Virus record (IMG/VR): IMGVR_UViG_3300027852_000090
Location: 1-39,849 of that record
Direction: 5' to 3' (one strand)
DNA length: 39,849 nt
DNA from: a virus
Shown here: positions 8,174-15,475 of the stretch, piece by piece
Layout: each line of letters starts with the position of its first letter
Numbering within the stretch: position 1 is the first letter of the stretch
Made by a program: the position numbers and the translations under genes
The notes under the pieces: generated by a model
The model's input: only the letters and a program-made list of their open reading frames with translations
What the model was told of the DNA's origin: nothing
Databases searched by the model: none

Positions 8174-8737
8174 ATGAAAAAAAACAAAATTATCAAATGT
8201 GTAATAATATCAATGATATTATTTAGTGCATTATTAGGAGCAGTCAACATTAATGCTTGTGGAACTAATCAGGCATTAATTAATATTTGGAATAAAAGAC
8301 AAGATTTACAAAAAGCATTCCCCGGAAATGCAGAATGTAATTCAAAATTAACAGAATGGGCTAAAAAATATGGATGGAAAGAATCGCCAACTTTAGTAGA
8401 TTATAGTCCATATGCAGAAATATTTAATTCTTTTTCATTAAGAATACAACAATTAGAAAAAAAGATTAAAACATTATCCGTTCCGACAGAACAAAAAACA
8501 ATAATTCAAAAAGATGAATTATTATTAAAGAGAGTGGAAAATTTAGAAAAAGAAATAAAAAAATTATCAACTCCTAAAATTGGAAAATGGAGAAAGTGCG
8601 TAGCTTGGACAAGCGGAAAAATTGTATGTGATGATTGCGCTCAAAATTTATCCAACGAGGGAATTGGATGGCATTATGAATTTTATATATTAAGCAAGGA
8701 CTATAAACAATTTATGCCTCGTGAATGTAGAAATTAA
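8174..8737 (+). CDS. Secreted or lipoprotein-like hypothetical protein
   Basis: N-terminal signal-like MKKNKIIKCVIISMILFSALLGAVNINAC. Internal duplicated coiled-coil segments (QQLEKKIKTLSVPTEQ and VENLEKEIKKLSTPKIG) and a Cys-rich C-terminus. Confidence 0.55.
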   Translation: MKKNKIIKCVIISMILFSALLGAVNINACGTNQALINIWNKRQDLQKAFPGNAECNSKLTEWAKKYGWKESPTLVDYSPYAEIFNSFSLRIQQLEKKIKTLSVPTEQKTIIQKDELLLKRVENLEKEIKKLSTPKIGKWRKCVAWTSGKIVCDDCAQNLSNEGIGWHYEFYILSKDYKQFMPRECRN

Positions 8738-8741
8738 TTTT

Positions 8742-9473
8742 ATGAAAATAAACTATATAATTACAACTCATAATAGAGTGAATACAATTTTAATACACAT
8801 TATGTGTGTATTGATTGACAATCCACTTAAAGATATAGAAATAATAATAGCAGATGACGGATCTACGGATGATACAGAAAAAGAGATAAAAAGATTAATG
8901 GAATTAGAAAAGTATAATATTAAATATGCAAATACAAAAAGCTATAACGAGGCAACACCATCTAAAGCACGAAATATGGGGATTGAATTAGCAACTGGCG
9001 ATTTATTAATATTTGCTGATGATGATTGTCTTCCGCATGAAAATCTTGTAAGTCATTATTTAGAATTATTAAAAAAGGGATATGTCGGAGTAGGATATAA
9101 ACGGAGCAATAAGGAAATATTAAAATTAAATTCAGATAACAGAAAAGAAATTATTGATAGTATGGAGGGAATGAGCCATACTTTATATTTTGAAAGATAT
9201 TTGAAAGGACTAATGAGTGGTGGACATTTTACAACTGGAAGTTTTGCTTTGTGGCGTGAGGATTTAGGCAATACAAGATTTGACGAGGATTTTGTGGGAT
9301 ATGGAATAGAAGATAAGCACTTTGGATATTTATTAGATCAAAAAGGATTAAAGTTTGATTATATTATACAAGCTATGAGTTATCATTGCCAAAATAATTA
9401 TAATAGATCAAGAGAACAAAAAAATAAAGAAACAATAATAAATAGAAAATTATATGAACAAAAAATTAAATAA
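8742..9473 (+). CDS. Glycosyltransferase family 2
   Basis: IIIADDGSTDDT, then ARNMGIELATGDLLIFADDDCLP (DxD), are classic GT2 signatures. I prefer ATG 8742 (MKINYIITTHNR) because track start 8721 overlaps the upstream gene. Confidence 0.8.
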   Translation: MKINYIITTHNRVNTILIHIMCVLIDNPLKDIEIIIADDGSTDDTEKEIKRLMELEKYNIKYANTKSYNEATPSKARNMGIELATGDLLIFADDDCLPHENLVSHYLELLKKGYVGVGYKRSNKEILKLNSDNRKEIIDSMEGMSHTLYFERYLKGLMSGGHFTTGSFALWREDLGNTRFDEDFVGYGIEDKHFGYLLDQKGLKFDYIIQAMSYHCQNNYNRSREQKNKETIINRKLYEQKIK

Positions 9474-10389
9474 AAAAATAATATTTATTCCATTTTATGC
9501 ACAATGTCCAGAGCATAGACAATCAGCAAGTGCGCGAATAAGAGCTGAATGGGTAGCAAAATATTTGCCTGCTGATATTATTAATGAAAAAACAAAAAGT
9601 ATAGAATTAGCAGATTATGATTTTGTTATTTTTCAAAAATGTTTTAGTAGAAAATTTATAGAGATAGCAAAAGCAATTAAGCAAAAAAATGAAAATACAA
9701 AAATAGGTTTAGATTTATGCGATCCAGTATGGAAGCAAAGAGAAAGAGAAGAGGAAGTTAAAGAGATGATTGATGTAGTTGATTTTATTACCGTGCCAAC
9801 ATTTAAATTAGAAGAAGAAATTTATAAAATTTTTAATATTCTTTCTTTTATAATCCCTGATGGTCATGATTTAGAATATTATAAAGCAGATCAAAGAAAA
9901 ATCCACGATAAAAAAATAGGAATAAAATATGTTTGGTATGGAAATAGCGGAACGATAAAAAGCCTGCAAGCAATAATGCAATATTTAGAAGATGTGAGCA
10001 TTAAAAATGATAGTTTAACAATAATAGCTGATCCGCTCGCAAGAGATATAATAAAATCAAAAAAATTAAAAATAATATTTAAAGAATGGAAAGTAGATAC
10101 TGTCAATGATATAGTCGCTGATTGTGATATTTCATTAAATCCAAAATTAAACACAAAAGAATATTTTTTTAAAAGCAACAATAAAACAGTAATGAGTTAT
10201 ATTTTATGTGTTCCTTGTATTGATAAGAATGTAAAAGATGAAAAAGAATGGAAAAATATACTTATCCACTTAAAAAATTTTACAAATAGACAAAATGATG
10301 TTAAAATTAAAAGAGATGTGTTAATAAAGAATTATAGAATAGAAACTATTGTGAGTATATGGAAAAATTTTATTAATTTATATAATTAA
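9454..10389 (+). CDS. Putative glycosyltransferase-like protein (GT-B-like), weak call
   Basis: KIIFIPFY...ASARIRAEWVAKYL N-terminus, VWYGNSGTIKSL, and FFKSNNKTVMSYILCVPCI resemble GT-B sugar-transferase C-terminal patterns. It also sits next to the GT2 gene. Confidence 0.35.
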   Translation: MNKKLNKKIIFIPFYAQCPEHRQSASARIRAEWVAKYLPADIINEKTKSIELADYDFVIFQKCFSRKFIEIAKAIKQKNENTKIGLDLCDPVWKQREREEEVKEMIDVVDFITVPTFKLEEEIYKIFNILSFIIPDGHDLEYYKADQRKIHDKKIGIKYVWYGNSGTIKSLQAIMQYLEDVSIKNDSLTIIADPLARDIIKSKKLKIIFKEWKVDTVNDIVADCDISLNPKLNTKEYFFKSNNKTVMSYILCVPCIDKNVKDEKEWKNILIHLKNFTNRQNDVKIKRDVLIKNYRIETIVSIWKNFINLYN

Positions 10390-10393
10390 AAAT

Positions 10394-11677
10394 ATGTCAG
10401 AAAAAATAAATTGGATAAATGAAAAAAGAAAAGTAGTCGATTTAATGCCAGCAGATTATAATCCACGAAAAATAAGCGAAACAAAAAAAGATGAATTGCT
10501 TAAAAGTTTGGAAAAATTAGGAATGATAATGCCGATTATAATTAATAGAGATAATAAAATTATAGGAGGACATCAAAGGATTGCTTTAATGCGCGATTTG
10601 AATATAGAAGAAGTTGATGTAAGAATTCCTGACAGGCAATTAACAGAGCAAGAAGAAAAAGAGGCAAACTTAACTACTAACATAAGCAAAGGCGAATGGG
10701 ACTGGTCAAAATTAATAGATAACTTTGATTTTGATTTAATGAGTGGTGCTGGATTTGGCGAAAAAGAAATAAGTGATCAAATGGATTTAATAAATGTGTT
10801 AGAAGACGATAAAGAAGAATTTGATATAGAAAAAGAACTTGAAAAAGCAGATGAAACATTAATTAACAAAGGCGATATTTTTAGTATAGGAAAACATAGA
10901 TTGATGTGTGGAGATAGCACGAGTATTGACGATGCGACAAAATTAATGGGGGGTGGCTTGGCAGATATGGTATTCACAGATCCTCCGTATAATTTTAATT
11001 ATAAAGGACGAGGAGATAATACTAAGGATGGAATAAAAAATGATAACATGAGTGCGGAAGATTTTAATGATTTTATAACTGGAGTATTTAAAGCAATGAT
11101 AACTACTATGCGTAATGGAGCAACTTATTATATTTGTTCTGGAATTAAAAGTTATTCTATTTTTGTTAATATTATAAATGAATTTGATTTAAAATTTTCT
11201 AATTGTATAGTTTGGATTAAAAATATAGCCTCTATGGGATGGAATGATTATAGATATAGGCACGAATTTATAGGTAAAGGAAAAAATTTTAAAAAGAAAG
11301 GAACTCCAATTTTTTATGGATATAAAGAGGGAAAACATTATTTTAGAGATACGAGAGATGAAACTGATATATGGGAAATGCCAAGAAAACAAGTTAATAA
11401 ATATGTTCATCCAACTGAAAAACCTGAATGGTTAATAATGAGAGCAATAAAGAATTCAAGTATTGTAAATCAAACAATCCTTGATTTATTCGGTGGTAGC
11501 GGAAGCACGATGATGGCCTGCGAAAAAACAAACAGAATAAATATGACAATGGAGCTAGATCCTAAATTTTGTCATGTAATTCTTGAAAGATTATCTAAAT
11601 ATTTAAAAATAGACCCAATCCGTGAAGACGGAAAAAAGTGGTCAGAAATTAAAAATGCAACAAACATTACCGATTAA
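10394..11677 (+). CDS. ParB-like nuclease domain fused to an N6-adenine/N4-cytosine DNA methyltransferase (beta class)
   Basis: N-terminal ParB-like segment (DLMPADYNPRKIS...IINRDNKIIGGHQRIALM). Then VFTDPPYN (motif IV), HPTEKPEWL, and ILDLFGGSGST (motif I). Confidence 0.85.
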   Translation: MSEKINWINEKRKVVDLMPADYNPRKISETKKDELLKSLEKLGMIMPIIINRDNKIIGGHQRIALMRDLNIEEVDVRIPDRQLTEQEEKEANLTTNISKGEWDWSKLIDNFDFDLMSGAGFGEKEISDQMDLINVLEDDKEEFDIEKELEKADETLINKGDIFSIGKHRLMCGDSTSIDDATKLMGGGLADMVFTDPPYNFNYKGRGDNTKDGIKNDNMSAEDFNDFITGVFKAMITTMRNGATYYICSGIKSYSIFVNIINEFDLKFSNCIVWIKNIASMGWNDYRYRHEFIGKGKNFKKKGTPIFYGYKEGKHYFRDTRDETDIWEMPRKQVNKYVHPTEKPEWLIMRAIKNSSIVNQTILDLFGGSGSTMMACEKTNRINMTMELDPKFCHVILERLSKYLKIDPIREDGKKWSEIKNATNITD

Positions 11678-11767
11678 ATTTATAAGAACAAATTCACAAG
11701 GCGAAAATATTGAATGGATATTTGAATTAATTGATAAGTGTGAAAATAAATTTAAATAAAAAATTAA

Positions 11768-11839
11768 TACAGGGTGGAGCAGTGGCAGCTCGATGGTTTC
11801 ATAAGCCATAGGTCGTGGGTTCGATTCCCATCCCTGTTA
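11768..11839 (+). tRNA. tRNA with CAT anticodon (Met; initiator-like features)
   Basis: Hand-folded cloverleaf. Acceptor TACAGGG/CCCTGTT with a T1:T72 mismatch; D arm GAGC-AGTGGCA-GCTC; anticodon arm ATGGT-TTCATAA-GCCAT (CAT at 11800..11802); variable AGGTC; T arm GTGGG-TTCGATT-CCCAT; discriminator A. Confidence 0.85.
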
Positions 11840-11848
11840 CATAAAAAT

Positions 11849-12238
11849 ATGAATAAAATAATTAAAGCACCACTTTTTATTATACTTCCTAGAAAAACGA
11901 AAGCAGACAGAAAGATGATAATTAATTTAAATAATTATAGAAACTGGCATTATATAATTAATAATCAAGTAAAGGATTATTATAAAGAAGCAATGCGTGA
12001 GCAATTACAGGGATTAAAGTTTAATAAAAAAATAATATTACATTTTTTATTATATAGGGGAAGTAATAGAATAACCGACAGATCAAATGTTTTGTCAATT
12101 CATGAGAAATTTTTCTGCGATGCTTTAACATTTTATAAATGTATTCCTGATGATAACGATGAATATATAGAAGAAACAAGATATCGGACAGGAGGACTTG
12201 ACCGAGAAAATCCAAGAGTAGAAATAACAATAATTTAA
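11849..12238 (+). CDS. rusA: RusA-like Holliday junction resolvase
   Basis: ITDRSNVLSIHEKFFCDALTFYKCIPDDNDEYI resembles the RusA pattern D-x-D/S-N...K...DAL...g...DD..I. Start set to ATG 11849 because the track ORF start (11774) runs through the tRNA. Confidence 0.55.
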   Translation: MNKIIKAPLFIILPRKTKADRKMIINLNNYRNWHYIINNQVKDYYKEAMREQLQGLKFNKKIILHFLLYRGSNRITDRSNVLSIHEKFFCDALTFYKCIPDDNDEYIEETRYRTGGLDRENPRVEITII

Positions 12239-12259
12239 AAATATTTAAAGAAATATTAT

Positions 12260-12490
12260 ATGAGTGACATAAAAAACGAAAAATTTATAATTAAAGTAAT
12301 TCGTAAACGAATAACAGAAATTCCAGCACATCAAGATAGTGCATCCAAAATTCCAAAAATAGAAGAAAAAGTAGACCAAATCTATGAGCAAGAATTTGAT
12401 AATTTAGATATAGGAGAACTTGCTATGAAATTAAACAGAAAAGAAAAAAAAGACGGACAAGAAAAAGATGAAAAATCAATAAAAATATAA
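12260..12490 (+). CDS. Hypothetical protein (76 aa)
   Basis: ORF in operon context only. Confidence 0.45.
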   Translation: MSDIKNEKFIIKVIRKRITEIPAHQDSASKIPKIEEKVDQIYEQEFDNLDIGELAMKLNRKEKKDGQEKDEKSIKI

Positions 12491-12491
12491 T

Positions 12492-12782
12492 ATGAAAATT
12501 ATAATATTAATAATACTAAGTTATATAATTATTAATTTTATGTTTATTAAATCAAATAAAATAGATGATCACGGTCATACTATAAAAATTAGAGAAAAAT
12601 TAAAACTAAAAACCAAAATAAAAGAATTTATTTCAAACATAACATGGAAAATATTCCTATGGTCAATTGAAATGACAGATCAGGAATATTGGCATGAATG
12701 CTATAAAGCAGAAAGAAATCAAAAATGTATAGATAATTATTCCAATGAAAAAATAAAAAAAGAAATAAATTATAAATTATGA
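12492..12782 (+). CDS. Hypothetical membrane protein (96 aa)
   Basis: N-terminal hydrophobic helix MKIIILIILSYIIINFMFI; ATGA overlap with the next ORF. Confidence 0.45.
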   Translation: MKIIILIILSYIIINFMFIKSNKIDDHGHTIKIREKLKLKTKIKEFISNITWKIFLWSIEMTDQEYWHECYKAERNQKCIDNYSNEKIKKEINYKL

Positions 12783-13081
12783 AAATATTTATTAAAAAAA
12801 TAATAGATTGGTTCTTATATGGTTTGTTAGGTAAAAATAAATTAAGTCTACATGAAAAAGAAACTATAAAAAGAATAAAAGCTAAAGAAGAAAAACCTGA
12901 AACATTTTTTACTAAATTTAAATTTAGAGAATTAAGTTGGAGAGAAATAAAAATAAGTAAAAAATGTAAACTTCCTAAAAAATATTGGATAAAAGGTAAA
13001 AGTAAATTTTTACATATTCGTTTAAGAAAAGAACATAAAAATAATATTAATCAATTAAAAATAAATAAAAACTATGTTTAA
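12779..13081 (+). CDS. Basic hypothetical protein (100 aa)
   Basis: Lys-rich ORF, coupled on both sides. Confidence 0.4.
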   Translation: MKIFIKKIIDWFLYGLLGKNKLSLHEKETIKRIKAKEEKPETFFTKFKFRELSWREIKISKKCKLPKKYWIKGKSKFLHIRLRKEHKNNINQLKINKNYV

Positions 13082-13295
13082 AATTAAAAGACACAATAAA
13101 ATACAATTTATATTCACAATTGATAAAATGATACAATACGGAAATACTGGAATAGGATGGAATAAGTTTATAATTGGTATTATAAAAATAAAGAGTATCC
13201 CTGATGATGGAGGAATGATAATGCCTGAAAATTATAAAGGATTTTTATTTAGTTTTAATTATTGGTTACCATTTTGTGATATTAGATTTAAGTAA
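13074..13295 (+). CDS. Hypothetical protein (73 aa)
   Basis: ORF only. Confidence 0.4.
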   Translation: MFKIKRHNKIQFIFTIDKMIQYGNTGIGWNKFIIGIIKIKSIPDDGGMIMPENYKGFLFSFNYWLPFCDIRFK

Positions 13296-13511
13296 AAAAT
13301 TAAGCACCATAAGAACATATAGAATGATTTGTATAGCTATATAGATTGAAATATACATCAAAGAGTGTTCATTTAGTCTTAAAAAAATGATTATAAAAAG
13401 AAGCGAAAAAATAGGAAATGTGTAAGGTTAGTGGAAATTGGAGAAATTATATTCAAATATAAAAACATTAGAAAGCATTTTGAAATTTCAAATTGTTTAA
13501 TAAATAAAAAT

Positions 13512-14015
13512 ATGCCAGCATATTCAAAAGAAAAACAAGAAGAACAAATAGCAAGAATAAGACAGATTTTAGTTTTGAAACCTAGCTCATCAGTAATGAC
13601 AGTTAAAGAATTGTTAGCAGAGCAAGGGGAAAAATTAGATCGTAGATATATAACTAAATTAAAAAAGAAAATAGAAAAAGAAAGAGCTAACAGATATAAT
13701 GCAAGAACAAAAGAAATGGTCTTATCTCAATTTGAAGATTTAGTTAATGTTATGAGCGATGTTCTTAAAAAAATAGCATTAAGCAAAACTGATTCAACTC
13801 AATTAGATAAGACGACAGCAATCAGCCAATTAATAAAACAAAATAAATTAGTTATTGAAATGATGATGGATATGGGATTGCTTGAAAGATATATAGGAAA
13901 AATGACTCATGATGTTGAAACATCTGAGATTTTAAAATTAATAGAAGATGCCAAACATAATAACAAGGATGACAAAGAAAAAGAAAACAGAGATAGTGCT
14001 AAAATCAATAAATAA
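13512..14015 (+). CDS. Putative terminase small subunit
   Basis: Lies immediately upstream of, and overlapping, the large terminase gene. ~167 aa with an HTH-like N-terminus (SVMTVKELLAEQGEKLDRRYITKLKKK) and a coiled coil. I prefer ATG 13512 (aaaaatATG context) over GTG 13431. Confidence 0.45.
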   Translation: MPAYSKEKQEEQIARIRQILVLKPSSSVMTVKELLAEQGEKLDRRYITKLKKKIEKERANRYNARTKEMVLSQFEDLVNVMSDVLKKIALSKTDSTQLDKTTAISQLIKQNKLVIEMMMDMGLLERYIGKMTHDVETSEILKLIEDAKHNNKDDKEKENRDSAKINK

Positions 14016-15465
14016 TTTTCAATATTTCTTGTTTAATATTTTTTCAAAATCATTCCCAAAATTTAAAGGTGGGAGATATATAAATGACCTTGCGGAATGG
14101 ATGCAAGGTCGTTCTTGGTTTATGAGAGTATCCGCCAGAGATCATTTCAAATCAACATCTTTGTATGCTGATTTTATGTGGCAACTATTAAATAATTTTG
14201 CACTGAATAGAGAGTATCATTATTTTAGCTATCAAGACTCTATGGCCAGTTATCATATTTCAAAGATTAAAGACTTCATGAAGAATAATCCATTTTATGA
14301 AAGTTGTATAGATTTAAAACCTACAGCTGAAAGTGTAATGAGATATTGTTGGGATTATAATATGACAGAGGATAAAAGAAAAGCACATTATACAACAATG
14401 CATGCACACGGATTAATGTCATTTAAGCGTGGTATCCATTGCCACGGAGTATATGTTGATGATCCGTTCCAAGATCCTGATAATAAATTATTATTAACAA
14501 AAGTTTATAAGATTAATGAAATAATTAAAACTCAAATATTGGATATGCCTATGGATGACGGTTTTTGTAAGATTGTAGGAACACCACAAACAAATGATGA
14601 CTTCTTTTTTAATGATGACTTATTAGAAAAATTTTCACTAAAAGTTCAACCAGCAGAGGTGGACAGTAAAAAAGAAATTGCATTGTGGCCAGAACATATG
14701 AATTGGCAAGAACTACAGGTAAGAAAAAAGATAAGAGGCAAGAAAATATTTAATCAGGAATATAATTGTATGCCGACATACAGCGAAGAAAGTTTTTTCA
14801 CAGAAGAAGATATTTTGAAAGTCACTAACGATAACTTGTTGAATAAGTCAATTAATGATATAATAAAATCACCTGAAAGAATAGAGCGTGTAGGAGGCTG
14901 GGATTTAGGAAAAAAACGACATCCAGCTCATATGGCAGCCTTTGAAGTAAGATATATAAAAGAGATTAAAAAATTTAAAGCAATTCAAATACATCAGAAA
15001 TTTATGGATGGTTGGGACTACACAGGAAAAGAGGGAAAAGACTTTGATCCTGAAAATCCAAATCAAATAGCCTACGCAAAACAAATGATAGAAAATTTTA
15101 AATTAGATTATTTATTTTGCGATAATACGAGAGGAGAATTAACTACACTTGAAGAGCAAGGAAAACTTCCAAAAGAATTAGAGTTAGTTATATTCACAAG
15201 CAAGGAGAAATATGCGATAGCTACAGAATTTGAAAAAGCAGTAACATCGGATACAGTGGAATTATTAAATAGCCAAAGAATGAGGCGACAAATAATTTGC
15301 GTAACGAATGATTTAAAAGCAATAGAAAGTCCTGAGGGTCATGGCGATTCGTTCTGGTCGATAGCATTATGCTTTAAAGGAATAAATTTGCGACAAGAAA
15401 GCCTTGATGAATATATGAATGAAGATGATTATAAAGATAGTAATATTTATCAAAAAACCTTTTAA
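13948..15465 (+). CDS. Terminase large subunit
   Basis: 505 aa. N-terminal ATPase-like region (RVSARDHFKSTS, GVYVDDPFQD). C-terminal RNaseH-like nuclease motifs (VGGWDLGKKRHPAHMAAFE, FCDNTRGE, GHGDSFWSIAL). The exact start is uncertain (13948 or 13969). Confidence 0.75.
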   Translation: MPNIITRMTKKKKTEIVLKSINNFQYFLFNIFSKSFPKFKGGRYINDLAEWMQGRSWFMRVSARDHFKSTSLYADFMWQLLNNFALNREYHYFSYQDSMASYHISKIKDFMKNNPFYESCIDLKPTAESVMRYCWDYNMTEDKRKAHYTTMHAHGLMSFKRGIHCHGVYVDDPFQDPDNKLLLTKVYKINEIIKTQILDMPMDDGFCKIVGTPQTNDDFFFNDDLLEKFSLKVQPAEVDSKKEIALWPEHMNWQELQVRKKIRGKKIFNQEYNCMPTYSEESFFTEEDILKVTNDNLLNKSINDIIKSPERIERVGGWDLGKKRHPAHMAAFEVRYIKEIKKFKAIQIHQKFMDGWDYTGKEGKDFDPENPNQIAYAKQMIENFKLDYLFCDNTRGELTTLEEQGKLPKELELVIFTSKEKYAIATEFEKAVTSDTVELLNSQRMRRQIICVTNDLKAIESPEGHGDSFWSIALCFKGINLRQESLDEYMNEDDYKDSNIYQKTF

Positions 15466-15475
15466 ATAAAATAAT

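Noticed and set aside
11774-11848. N-terminal 25 codons of track ORF 11774..12238 (MEQWQLDGFISHRSWVRFPSLLHKN)
   Set aside because: This stretch is the tRNA-CAT gene read as protein. The real CDS most likely starts at ATG 11849.
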